From positions 49,474,577 to 49,538,576 of the forward strand of contig NC_068996.1 in NCBI RefSeq assembly GCF_001194135.2: DNA of 64,000 bases, read 5' to 3'. Numbering within the stretch: the stretch's first letter is position 1; every line of letters starts with the position of its first letter. Origin of the DNA: Octopus bimaculoides (Eukaryota). Shown here piece after piece: positions 50,711 through 63,538 of this stretch. The translations under genes and the position numbers were made by a program. The notes beneath the pieces were generated by a model. The model was not told where the DNA came from. It did no database searches and saw nothing but the letters and a program-made list of their open reading frames with translations.

Positions 50711-51763
50711 TCTATTTGAATTGTGTTTGCATGTATGTATATATGTGTGTGTGTGTGCAGGAGTGACTGTAGTAAGAAGCTTGCTTCCCGACCACATGGT
50801 TCCGGGTTCAGTCCCTCTGCATGGCACCATGGGCAAGTGTCTTCTGCTATAGCCTTGGGCCAACCAAAGCCTTATGAGTGAATTTGGTACATGGAAACTG
50901 AAAAGAAGCCTGTCATATATATATATATATATATATATANNNNNNNNNNNNNNNNNNNNNNNNNNNNNNNNNNNNNNNNNNNNNNNNNNNNNNNNNNNNN
51001 NNNNNNNNNNNNNNNNNNNNNNNNNNNNNNNNNNNNNNNNNNNNNNNNNNNNNNNNNNNNNNNNNNNNNNNNNNNNNNNNNNNNNNNNNNNNNNNNNNNN
51101 NNNNNNNNNNNNNNNNNNNNNNNNNNNNNNNNNNNNNNNNNNNNNNNNNNNNNNNNNNNNNNNNNNNNNNNNNNNNNNNNNNNNNNNNNNNNNNNNNNNN
51201 NNNNNNNNNNNNNNNNNNNNNNNNNNNNNNNNNNNNNNNNNNNNNNNNNNNNNNNNNNNNNNNNNNNNNNNNNNNNNNNNNNNNNNNNNNNNNNNNNNNN
51301 NNNNNNNNNNNNNNNNNNNNNNNNNNNNNNNNNNNNNNNNNNNNNNNNNNNNNNNNNNNNNNNNNNNNNNNNNNNNNNNNNNNNNNNNNNNNNNNNNNNN
51401 NNNNNNNNNNNNNNNNNNNNNNNNNNNNNNNNNNNNNNNNNNNNNNNNNNNNNNNNNNNNNNNNNNNNNNNNNNNNNNNNNNNNNNNNNNNNNNNNNNNN
51501 NNNNNNNNNNNNNNNNNNNNNNNNNNNNNNNNNNNNNNNNNNNNNNNNNNNNNNNNNNNNNNNNNNNNNNNNNNNNNNNNNNNNNNNNNNNNNNNNNNNN
51601 NNNNNNNNNNNNNNNNNNNNNNNNNNNNNNNNNNNNNNNNNNNNNNNNNNNNNNNNNNNNNNNNNNNNNNNNNNNNNNNNNNNNNNNNNNNNNNNNNNNN
51701 NNNNNNNNNNNNNNNNNNNNNNNNNNNNNNNNNNNNNNNNNNNNNNNNNNNNNNNNNNNNNNN

Positions 51764-51795
<32 letters not shown>

Positions 51796-52440
51796 ATAAT
51801 AACAATAATCCTTATTTTAATGCATAGCTACATGTGTTTCCACAAATCACATGCCTCTTAGGATCATAGTCCGTATTCCTGGGTTGTTTCCAGCGTAGTC
51901 CATCGTATCCGTGGGTAACAGGTAGATCATCTTCGAGTCATTTCTTCAGGTGATATAGCATTAATGGATGTTTAACTGAGAGTTGTTTATCACAGAATGA
52001 ACCCCCAAAAAGTGGTTTATCGGTGAGCATCATTAGGTTGTAGCTGGCATAATGGAATTGGAGCTTCATTTTTTTTTTCTTTGCATATTCAAAACGTTTC
52101 CCGTTAACAAATTTAAAAGATATATATATATAAATTTAAATAATAATGGTAAAATATTGATATTAATTTGATTAATATCAACTTAAAACCAGTCGCCTAG
52201 CATATTGAAAAAATCTGAAGATTCAGAAAATTATATTACATACGTATAAGAGGAATGACCACTAGGTGGACTCCTAATATGCTAAATGTAGACCCTATAT
52301 GGTCTGATCACTAAGAAAAATTGAGAATAATTCTTCTTAGTGGTCAGACCATATGAGGGTCTACATTTAGCATATTAGGAGTCCACCTAGTGGTCATTCC
52401 TCTTATATGTGTATGTATATATATATATATATATATATAT

Positions 52441-52820
52441 AGGCACAGGAGTGACTGTGTGGTAAGTAGTTTGCTTACCAACCACATGGTTCCAGGTTCA
52501 GTCCCACTGCGTGGCACCTTGGGCAAGTGTCTTCTACTATAGCCTCGGGCTGACCAAAGCCTTGTGAGTGGATTTGGTAGAGGGAAACTGAAAGAAGCCC
52601 ATCGTATATATGTATATATATGTATGTATATGTTTGTGTGTCTGTGTTTGTCTCCCAGCATCGCTTGACAACTGATGCTGGTTCAGCAAAAAAGGGGCCG
52701 ATAGAATAAGTACTAAGCTTACAAAGAATAAGTGTTGGGGTCCATTTGCTTGACTAAAGGCGGTGCTCCAGCATGGCCACAATCAAATGACTGAAACAAG
52801 TAAAAGAGTAAGAGTAAAGA
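52441..52820 (+). mobile_element. SINE family A
   Basis: Family consensus match; the tail is (AAGAGTA)n. Confidence 0.9.
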
Positions 52821-55277
52821 GTAATATATATAGATAGATAAAACTTACTTGGAAAAGGATAAGAGAAAGGAAGAGAGAAAATGACAGTAAAAGGATAGAG
52901 TAGTGGAAGAAGAGGAGGTAAAAGAATAAGAGAAAGGCAAGGAGAAATGGAAGAAGAGAGAAAGACGAAAGAATAATTGGGAGAAGAGTCGTATCGGAGT
53001 TATTAAGATATATATACATATATATATTAGTTTATGTATATATTAATATTATCTCAGTTATTAAAACCTTTCATAATTTAAATACGTTAATAGTTACCAG
53101 AGGTAGCTCTTTGTGAAAGAGCTTTCATTTATTTTGAAACATGTGTAGGAATTAAAGGAACTTTTATTGACATGCGTTTTGCTCCATTTATTATTATTAT
53201 ATATATATATAATTAGAAGCAACAGGAGCATTATTAATACCAAACGATAATCATTATGTCTAACATGAAGTGGACGTGTTATTTATTTTGGTAAGGCCTC
53301 TTATAAAAGCAAACATATTGGCAGACGAGAATCATCTGGTTTGGGCTCCAGATCTGCCAGATCAACATGATTTTCACCTGCCTTGTCTCCTCAATGGCAG
53401 ACATCTGGTAGCAGTGTAACAGCTAAATTTCACTGTCAATGATATATATATATAGAATTTCTGTGTCTTTTCAGTCTCTGATGTCACAGAAGGCTCATTA
53501 AAAAATTATTATTAACGATAGAAGCAATATTAATAATGAAAGGCAATCTTTATGTCCTACTTAACTTGGATGTTTTGTTAGAATACTGCTTCTGGTACAA
53601 TTTATTATTTATTAAACTTTATTTTTCCTTGCAAACTTACCAGCTTACTCAATCTATCCAAGTCTCTGTACCACTTATATATCTCCTCCGTATAACTTGA
53701 CAGTTCACTCCCAACATATCCTCACTCTCTTCTCTCCCTCTCCTCCTCCTCGTCTTTTCCACCTGAAGTCGGCATCTATCTCCTCAGCTGCAAGGGCACC
53801 CACTCCTGTCCTTCTATCGTACTCTAACTCCTCATCATTTTCCTGAATACTAACCCGCTTCCTCCTTAGTCTTGCAAGTTATTTGCTGACCTTGCCTCGT
53901 GCTGGTACCACATGAAAAAAAGCACCCAGTACACTCTGCAAAATGGTTAACATTAGGAAGGGCATCCATTTGTAAAAACCACACCAAAACAGACAGTAGA
54001 ACTTGGCACAGTCTTCTTGCTTGCCAGCTTTTGTCTAACCATCCAACCCATGCCAACATGCAAATGATGTGTTAAATGGTGATGGTGATGATAATGATGA
54101 TGGTGTTTGACATCAGATTTTTAGCAAGTTATGTTTTTATTTTTTTGTTCCTACTTTTCGGCTTTTTTTTGTGTGTGTGTTTTTTTTTCTTTTTTCTACA
54201 TTTTACTTTACAGTGCTTCACTTCATCTTGGCTAGGGGCGGAATGTAGGTGAAAATATCAGACTCTCCATGGAAATGTCAATAAAGCTGATCACTTGCTG
54301 ATACAAACTCGTTATATACATACTCGTGAAAAGGTCAATTAAGCTGATTAATTACCAATACTTACTTCTGGTCATGAAAGGTCAAGTTCATACACTTTAT
54401 TGACTTCTATTTCTGCATGAATGTGTGTGTGTGAAATGGTTTGATCAAGGGATAACACATCGTGTCCATGCTCCTTGTAGACTCTCCAAGAGCCATAAGA
54501 GGATGGGCTGTGTTTCCCTTGATCAAGCATAAAGAGTTGATGGCTACAGGAAAAACATGAGCATGGAAGGAATTCCAAAGAGATGATATTCCAGAGAGTT
54601 AAGGATTAATTAGGTACAGTGGTTAGTGTGGCAGGCAGGGGTTGTAGAGGGGTGGAAATAAGGATGCCACAAAGAGAAGAAGAGGTGGATCTGAACTGAA
54701 ACTCAGGTTCAGGTCATCCAGCTTTGTGTGAGGGGAAGGGGCCATTGCAGTAACAATAGAAGAGGCAAAACAAGGGGCCAGATTGAGTTTTGGGCCACAG
54801 ATATGGGGAGGAGGGGTGCTGACTTCATGAAAATCAGCTAAATAGCATTGTTGTTGTTGTTTTTTATTGTGTAGTCTATAATGTCTGTATGATTAATAGC
54901 AGAAATATCTCTCCATCTGCTCCACACCTGTCTACTATTCCTGAGAGGGTCTTGGGGGGGGGGGTAGAGTTCTCAGGCCCCTCCTCTGCAGGGTCCTATC
55001 AAAAGCAATCAAAATACTTCTCGATTGGATTCCCAAATGCAACTAACAGAGACTATGGATGTTATCCACCCACTTGGAACCTTGATACACACCTGTGCCT
55101 GCACCTATAGCCCATTATTTACTATTTTGCATTTATTCCTAAATGCTTTCATTTAGTAGGAACATACTTTCATTCTTTTGATCGGGGGACCACCTACTTT
55201 TGACAAAGATATTTCCATTTTCTATATGGAAACACCGAAACATATTATGGTCAACAATGTTATCATAATGTCTTTAA

Positions 55278-55490
55278 CCTTTTTGATACCAACCCATCTT
55301 CAGTTCTATGCTACAAACTTCCTGTTTAAAACTGATCTTAATTAAAATCAGCCATCAAAATTTCATGTTAAATCATTTTCCAAAGATAACTTTAATACTG
55401 ACACAGTTAATTTACTAAATTTTTCATTATTTTCACAATTAATCAAAATAAAAGTAGTGCTTTTTTCAAGAAAATATGGTAACAAAAGGA
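55278..55490. mobile_element. piggyBac-like MITE (TTAA target)
   Basis: TTAA-CCTTTTTGATACC...GGTAACAAAAGGA-TTAA; the interior is similar to 41539-41750. Confidence 0.65.
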
Positions 55491-55856
55491 TTAATGGTTC
55501 AGTGGAATGAACCAGAAACCACANNNNNNNNNNNNNNNNNNNNNNNNNNNNNNNNNNNNNNNNNNNNNNNNNNNNNNNNNNNNNNNNNNNNNNNNNNNNN
55601 NNNNNNNNNNNNNNNNNNNNNNNNNNNNNNNNNNNNNNNNNNNNNNNNNNNNNNNNNNNNNNNNNAAAATTTCAATGTTCTTTTTAAAACAAAAAAAATC
55701 CTTTACATACCTTAATTTTCCCATTTTTGACATTTCTGAATTAGATGCATTAAACATACAATGCTGCAGGGGAAAAAAATCCAGTGGAATAATTAGAAAG
55801 GAAAAAAAAAGGAATTTGCAAAAGATTCTAAATAAGATTTATATCACAATCTGTAT

Positions 55857-56195
55857 AAGGCACATGGCTCAGTGGTTAGAGTATCGGGTTCACAATCACG
55901 AGGTAGTGAGTTTGATTCCCAGACTGGGCTGTGTGTTGTGTTCTTGAGCAAGACACCTTATTTCACATTGCTCCATTTCATTCAGCTGTAGAAATGAGTT
56001 GCGATGTCACAGGTGCCAAGCTGTATCGGCCCCTTTGCCTTTCCCTTGGACAACATTGGTGGTATCGAGAGGGGAGGCTAGTATGCATGGGCAACTGCTG
56101 GTCTTCCATAAACAACCTTGACCAGACTTGTACCTAACTTTCTATGTGCAATCCCATGATCAGTTATGACCGAAGGGGGGTCTTTACCCTTTGTA
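55857..56195 (+). mobile_element. tRNA-headed SINE family D
   Basis: GGCACATGGCTCAGTGGTTAGAG...GTTTGATTCCC head, then TTCTTGAGCAAGACACCTTATTTCAC. A minus-strand relative lies at ~57313-57628, with fragments at 41850-42050, 42830-42965 and 44940-45120. Confidence 0.8.
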
Positions 56196-56579
56196 TCTTA
56201 GTTAATGTGAATCTATGCAGAAAGCCACAAAACTGGATTTTCATCTTGAGAAAGCATTTCATATAGACATATGATGCTAAACAGTACAAGAGTTTATCAG
56301 AAGCAGGCACAAAAACATCCAACAGTAGCAGTGGAAATATTAACGAACCAATACTGCTTCTATCACTATAATAATGAATTTTTACCCAGCCCACCAACTA
56401 TTTACAACACCAGTGATTTGTTAATCACTTTTTCCTATATCAGAGGAAGCTAAATCTGTCTAAGTATGCCATTGCAAGTGGATAAATGCTATTGATGATG
56501 TGCAAAGACGCAGAAATCCAGACTTAACAATTCTATTGCCAGTACTGGATGTTAAGATATACAGAATGATACATGTCTC

Positions 56580-56764
56580 TTATCGTTTACTTGTTTCACT
56601 CATTGCACTGTGGCCATGCTGGGGCACCACCTTGAAGGGTTTTAGTTGAACAAATCAATCCCAGTATATCTTTTATCTTTTACTTGTTTCACTCATTGGA
56701 CTGTGACCATGCTGGGGCACCACCTTGAAGGGTTTTAGTTGAACAAATCAATCCCAGTATATCT
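56580..56764 (-). repeat. 93-bp tandem satellite, same unit in inverse orientation (runs into a gap)
   Basis: Period 93 (56591/56684); nearly identical to the 18.8-19.6 kb unit. Confidence 0.8.
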
Positions 56765-57625
56765 NNNNNNNNNNNNNNNNNNNNNNNNNNNNNNNNNNNN
56801 NNNNNNNNNNNNNNNNNNNNNNNNNNNNNNNNNNNNNNNNNNNNNNNNNNNNNNNNNNNNNNNNNNNNNNNNNNNNNNNNNNNNNNNNNNNNNNNNNNNN
56901 NNNNNNNNNNNNNNNNNNNNNNNNNNNNNNNNNNNNNNNNNNNNNNNNNNNNNNNNNNNNNNNNNNNNNNNNNNNNNNNNNNNNNNNNNNNNNNNNNNNN
57001 NNNNNNNNNNNNNNNNNNNNNNNNNNNNNNNNNNNNNNNNNNNNNNNNNNNNNNNNNNNNNNNNNNNNNNNNNNNNNNNNNNNNNNNNNNNNNNNNNNNN
57101 NNNNNNNNNNNNNNNNNNNNNNNNNNNNNNNNNNNNNNNNNNNNNNNNNNNNNNNNNNNNNNNNNNNNNNNNNNNNNNNNNNNNNNNNNNNNNNNNNNNN
57201 NNNNNNNNNNNNNNNNNNNNNNNNNNNNNNNNNNNNNNNNNNNNNNNNNNNNNNNNNNNNNNNNNNNNNNNNNNNNNNNNNNNNNNNNNNNNNNNNNNNN
57301 NNNNNNNNNNNNTATAAAAGACCTTCTTTGGTCATGAATGACCATGGGATTGCACCTAGAAAGTTACCCTCCCAAGCACAAGTCCAGGCAAGGTTGTTTA
57401 TGCAAGACCAGCAGTCGCCCATGCATACCAGCCTCCTCCCTACATACCACTGATGTTATCCAAGGGAACGGTAAAGGCTAATACAGCTTGGCACCAGTGA
57501 TGTCACAACTCATTTTTACAGCTGAGTGAACTGAAGCAACATGAAATAATAAAGTGTCTTACTCAAGAACACAACATGCAGCCCTGTCCGAGATTCGAAC
57601 TCACAACCTCACGATCGTAAGCTCA

Positions 57626-57698
57626 CCCTAACCCTAACCCTAACCCATGCTANNNNNNNNNNACGATCGTAAGCTCACCCTAACCCTAACCCTAACCC
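57626..57698 (-). repeat. Interstitial (TTAGGG)n tract joining a SINE head to an RTE 3' end (duplicated across a 10-N gap)
   Basis: aagctca-ccctaaccctaaccctaaccc-atgctagcatggaaagcggacg. Confidence 0.75.
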
Positions 57699-58133
57699 AT
57701 GCTAGCATGGAAAGCGGACGTTAAACGATGATGATGATGATGATGACATAATAATTTAATTTTAGATTTAAATTTGAAATTTAAACTGAGTTTTGAATAT
57801 GTCCCATGTAGTATGCTGGCAAAGCACGTTCACTGCTTACGGCTGCCTGGAGTCATCCACAGTAATTGGACAATAATCACTGGATCTATGTTAAGAATTC
57901 CACTGTGCACATTGAGTATAGTAGAAACAGTTGATACAAAAGACAGAATATACCGGAAACTTTATTTATCACAATGGTCATTTCGACACATTCCATACTG
58001 CTCTTTCACGGGTGGGAAACTATACAATGAACTCCAATGTATCCTGCAGTGCAGAAGCATCTTTTCACTGCAGGGTACATAAAGTTTCCTGTATATTCTG
58101 AGTTCCATATGAATTTTTTCTATTATATATCTA

Positions 58134-58174
<41 letters not shown>

Positions 58175-58176
<2 letters not shown>

Positions 58177-58820
58177 ATGAGAACAACTGTGTGAAAAAGT
58201 GGCACACCCTAACAGTAGAGGGGACCTGTGGAAGAGGTAGACCTGGGATGTGGTGGTGAAGCATGATCTTCGAACATCGACCCTCATGGAGGCGATGACA
58301 AGTGACAGGTCTTTGCAGATATCCTGTGCTTGAGAAGACCCGGCAAGCCAAGTGAGACTGTATGTAACCATGGCCTATGCCAGTGTTGCATAACTGACCC
58401 ATTTAAGAGCACCCTTCAATCATTGGGCAATAAACTGTGCTTGCAAAGACTTGTTGAGTTGCGTGAAGTCATTGATGCCAGTACTGCCTAACTGCACACG
58501 TGCCGGTGGCATGTAAAAAGCACCATTCGAGCATGGACATTGCCAATGCTGCCTGACTGGCTCCTGTGCTGGTAGCACATAAAAAGCACCATTCAAGCAT
58601 GGTCGATGCCAGTACCACCTGACTGGCCCTTGTGCCGGTGGCACATAAAAAGCATCCACTACACTGTTGGAGTGGTTGGCATTAGGAAGGGCATCCAACT
58701 GTAGAAACTCTGCCAGATCAGATTGGAGTCTGGTGCAGCCTTCTAGCTTACTAGTCCTCAGTCAAACCATCCAACCCATGCCAGCATGGAAAGCGGACGT
58801 TAAATGACGATGATGGTGAT
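58175..58820 (+). mobile_element. RTE LINE 3' fragment (ORF end + UTR)
   Basis: MDENNCVKKWHTLTVEGTCGRGRP...WDVVVKHDLRT parallels the C-terminus at 21027-21200, and the fragment ends GCATGGAAAGCGGACGTTAAATGACGATGATG. Confidence 0.85.
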
Positions 58821-59267
58821 GGTGTGTGTGTGGCTGCATCTTCAAGACTGGAATGGTATTGTGTTATTTCCTTTCACAGTTAGTATAAAAAGGAACACAT
58901 ATCTTTTTCAAATAATATACTCATTATATTGAAAATAAGAAATTTACTCCTAATTACAATGATTATCATGTTATTTAGCTGCATGCTGTATTTCTGTGGC
59001 AACACCAAGTATTTTAGTACCGATTCAAAAAATAAACATAATTTTCTATCAGAAGAATTAAGAAATGCAAGAGACTGTAAAATAATAATTTCATGTTATT
59101 TCAGGTGAAATAATAATTTCTTTTTTTTTTTGTTTAGAGGTTGGACTTTAAATAGACAAAGCTATAAATGATAACATGTAAATATCAAGTAAAAAAAAAT
59201 CCTTTTAATTGAAAAAGTTGAAGGTTGCCCATGACATAAACAATATATGTTTGTATATGTTTGTATA

Positions 59268-59302
<35 letters not shown>

Positions 59303-59305
<3 letters not shown>

Positions 59306-59507
59306 AGCGCCAGGTGAAATGCTTAGCGGTATTTCGTTTGCCGTTACGTTCTGAGTTCAAATTCCGCCGAGGTCGACTTTGCCTTTCATCCTTTCGGGGT
59401 CGATAAATAAAGTACCAGTTACGCACTGGGGTTGATGTAATCGACTTAATCCCTTTGTCTGTCCTTGTTTGTCCCCTCTGTTTAGCCCCTTGTGGGCAAT
59501 AAAGAAA
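59303..59507 (+). mobile_element. SINE family B
   Basis: GAAATGCTTAGCGGTATTTCG...GAGTTCAAATTCCGCCGAGGTCGACTTTGCCTTTCATCCTTTCGGGGTCGATAAA..GTACCAG; the central block recalls the Meta/MESC SINE domain (from memory). Other copies lie at ~585-795, 870-1070, 14360-14560, 24159-24368, 26300-26460, 29807-30035, 30410-30780, 31435-31650 and 38040-38490. Confidence 0.85.
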
Positions 59508-61655
59508 TATATATATATATATATATATCATCNNNNNNNNNNNNNNNNNNNNNNNNNNNNNNNNNNNNNNNNNNNNNNNNNNNNNNNNNNNNNNNNNNNN
59601 NNNNNNNNNNNNNNNNNNNNNNNNNNNNNNNNNNNNNNNNNNNNNNNNNNNNNNNNNNNNNNNNNNNNNNNNNNNNNNNNNNNNNNNNNNNNNNNNNNNN
59701 NNNNNNNNNNNNNNNNNNNNNNNNNNNNNNNNNNNNNNNNNNNNNNNNNNNNNNNNNNNNNNNNNNNNNNNNNNNNNNNNNNNNNNNNNNNNNNNNNNNN
59801 NNNNNNNNNNNNNNNNNNNNNNNNNNNNNNNNNNNNNNNNNNNNNNNNNNNNNNNNNNNNNNNNNNNNNNNNNNNNNNNNNNNNNNNNNNNNNNNNNNNN
59901 NNNNNNNNNNNNNNNNNNNNNNNNNNNATATATATGACTGGCTGCTTTCAGTTTCCATCTACCAGATCCACTCACAAGGCTTTAATCAGCCCGAGGCTAT
60001 AGTAGAAGAAACTCACCCAAGGTGCCACGCAGTAGGACTGAACCCAGAACCATGTGGTTGGTTAGCAAACTACTTACCACAGAGTCACTCATATAATATA
60101 TTGCTTATGTAACAGGTGTGGCTGTATGGTTAAGAGGTTTGCTTCCCAACCACATGGTTTTCCATGTTCAGTTCCACTGCATATCACCTTGGGCAAGTGT
60201 CTTCTAATGTAGCTTCTGGCCAACCAAACCCTTGTAAATGGATTTAGTAGATGGCAAATGAAAGAAGCCCAGGCACCCATGCCAATGGCACATAAAAAGC
60301 ACCTATTACACTCTTGGAGTGGTAGCATTAGGAAGGGCATCCAGCTATAGAAGCAATACCAAATGAGACTGGAACGTGGTTCAGGTGAACCAGGTTCCAG
60401 TCTCATTTGGCATTGTTTCTATAGCTGGATGCCCCCCAGCTTACCAGTTCCAGTGAAACCGTCTGGCCCATGCCAGCATGGAAAGCAGACATTAAATGAT
60501 GATGATAGGTATATATGTACAGGTATGGAGGGGCGAACGGGAAAAATAGAATTCAAAACATGAGTATATGTATGTTATGAATATTTAGCAGAAGCAACAG
60601 AGTGACTCAAAGTCTGAGAGTTTAGTGTATAGCCACTTATCAAACTGTTTGGTAAGTGTCAATGCATGAAACTCTTGGACTTTGAATCACTGTTACTTCT
60701 GCTAAATGTTAATAAAAACTTGTGTGGTATATGTGTGTGTGTGTACATATATCTGTGTCTTTGTGCTTGTCCCTTGTGGCTTGTCACCTTGTGTTGATGT
60801 GTTTACATCCCCATAACTTAGCAGTTTGGCAAAAGAGACCAATAGAATAAGTGCCAGGCTTTAAAAAATAAGAACTGAGGTTAATACATTTGACTAAAAT
60901 TTTTCAAGGTCGTGCCCCCCACATGGCTGCAGTCTAACTGAGATCTAGTCAACACAGCCAGTTATGTTAGCTGTGCAAATTACACACACACACACATAAT
61001 TTCTTTTAACAGTGAAACTCAAAATAGACAAAGCTATAAAAAATAGCTTGAAAATATTGGGTTGACGTGAAAGGCTGCCCAACTTTATCTACTTTGAGTC
61101 CAGCCTTAGAAAAAGACAAAAGAAATTATAATCTTGGATCCTTTCTGTTGCAGTCTCACCGATTCTGAAATTAAGTAAAAATTTTCAGATTTCAGTTGAT
61201 TCATACTTTTCTATAGAATTTTAACTTAATTTTATCATTATAAATACATCTAAGATACTGTCTACTGTCATCTTGTCCGCTTTCGGTATTTGCATATATA
61301 TGCATATTCAGACAGATAAGGGGTGGGGGAAAAAGCAGATTTTGTGATTACTGTTAATGTAGCAACAGACCCAAGTACAAAATCGAACCGGAAGTTTATA
61401 ATCTGTCTCCCTGAGTTATGGAATGTCAATTACAAAACTAGCATATGATGATGATGGCGGGGGCCTTGAAGAAAAAGAGAATAAGACATCATCTGTTGTT
61501 GTCTGCGTGTTTAACCATAAACTTAAAATGTGGGAAGTAGGCGATATGAATTGTTTTATAATACTCCGCCTAGTTATTGAGTTATCTTTTCGTAATTTAA
61601 CCATGTCAATATAGATGATATACATACACTCGCACACATGCATATGTGTGTGTAT

Positions 61656-62020
61656 GGCGCAGGCGTGGCTGTATGGTAACTAGCTGGCTTACCAACCACA
61701 TGGTTCCAGGTTCAGTCCCACTGCGTGACACCTTGGGCAAGTGTCTTCTACTCTAGCCTCGGGCTAACCAAAGCCTTGTGAGTGGATTTAGTTGACGGAA
61801 GCTGAAAGAAGCTCGTCGTATATTCTCAGGCGTCCTCGACATCTAAACATCTGTCCCCCCACCACCACCACCATCGCTTGACAACGGATGCTGGTGTGTC
61901 TACGTCCCCGTACGTTAGCAGTTCGGCAAAAGACCGATAGAATAAGTACTAGGCTTACAGAGAATAAAAGTTGTTGCGTACTAATACCGAAAGATCGCCC
62001 GGCCATGCTGGAGTACTGCC
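61656..62020 (+). mobile_element. SINE family A (CpG-retaining), facing minus-strand fragments at ~62040-62550
   Basis: Family consensus match. Confidence 0.85.
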
Positions 62021-62131
62021 TTTATTCTAACAAACGGTCCCTAAGACTTATTCTATCGATTGTCAAGCGATGTTAGGAGGACGACGACAAACACAAACAT
62101 GCATAGGAGGACGACGACAAACACAAACATG

Positions 62132-62172
<41 letters not shown>

Positions 62173-62876
62173 GACGCACTTCTTTTAAGTTTCCGCCTAC
62201 CAAGGCCGTCTATAAAGTTAAGTGCATATAGGTGCGAAACATTGGTCACTCTATATACATATTCTTTTACTCTTTTATTTTCTGTAAGCCTAGTACTTAT
62301 TCTATCGGTCTTTTGCCGAACTACTAACGTATGGGGACGTAGACATACCAGCATCCGTTGTCAAGCGATGGTGAGGTGGGGGACAAACATATATATATAT
62401 ATATATTATACGACGGGCTTATTTCAGTTTCTGTCGACCAAATCCACTCACAAGGCCCTGGTCTGCTCGAGGCTATAGTAGTAGACATTCACCCAAGAAA
62501 CCATGTGGTTGATAAGCAAGCTGCTTACCACACAGCCAGCCACTCCTGCGCGTTGTTTCGTTGTCCCCTTTTTGTATCACCTAACTGTCTGGATGTTTTG
62601 CGTTTATATATATATAATACGCATCCGAAAGAGCTACTAATAGTTTTATGCTACTTGAGCAGGCATAAAATACGTCATGTATCTTAAAAGCTGAAAGATT
62701 GCTTTAATATACATGCCGTATTTTATAAATACGCCTGTTCAAGTATCGTAAAACCATGGAATTATTAGCTCTTTCGGTTGTGTATTAAATTGGTATTTAT
62801 CTATAACTGGAGTACCATTTTTGTTATTCTATCCCTATTAAATTCGTAAACTCAATTTGTTTCTCTCTCTCTGTAA

Positions 62877-62927
<51 letters not shown>

Positions 62928-63538
62928 ATATAAAGATAGGCTTAATTTAATAATACAATAAAACAACAGGATCCGGGTACATGGAGATATTCTGCCTCAG
63001 CAAAACGTAATAATGCATAATTTTTGTCCCACTGTTTGGGCTCGTTTTTAAACTAAATTTATATCCGTAGAAACGCAACAAAGTCTGCGCGTAACAGTTT
63101 TGTGTCTTAGTAATAAAAAAAAACGTGAATACTATTAAAAAACATTCACAGCTGTCGAAAAAGTATTTTTTGTTGTGCTATTTAAACGATGCAAAGTATT
63201 TTTCGATTTCTTCTTGCTCGATATGAAGATGCGTTGTTTGGTAAAGTAGGGTTTTTTTTCTAAATATAAATGCTGTCTTGTTTCAAATTCACACCGGTCG
63301 TTATTGTTTATCCCATGTTAATTCCGATTTTATTAACCTACGGTTTTTAGTAAGTTGAACGACTTCGTAGAGGCTCCATCGTTTCGCTCCTATAATTCGC
63401 TCCATTTATTAGTATTTAGTACTAGATAATCGTGGACTGTTCAGAAGACCCTTATTTTTATTTTGCCATGCATTAAGGGATTCAAGATGAGTCCAGACAA
63501 AAAAAAACTTACAAACGTTTATGCACGACCTCCTAGAT

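Noticed and set aside
52210-52235. CTGAAGAttcaGAAA
   Set aside because: No stem II or stem I pairing is possible.
54889-55110. 73-aa ORF containing NISPSAPHLSTIPE
   Set aside because: It spans a G12 run and has no clear donor or known motif.
4287-59927. Long ORFs in the track made of X residues or YIYI/THTH/CVCV/HHHH runs
   Set aside because: They are translations of N gaps and microsatellites, not genes.
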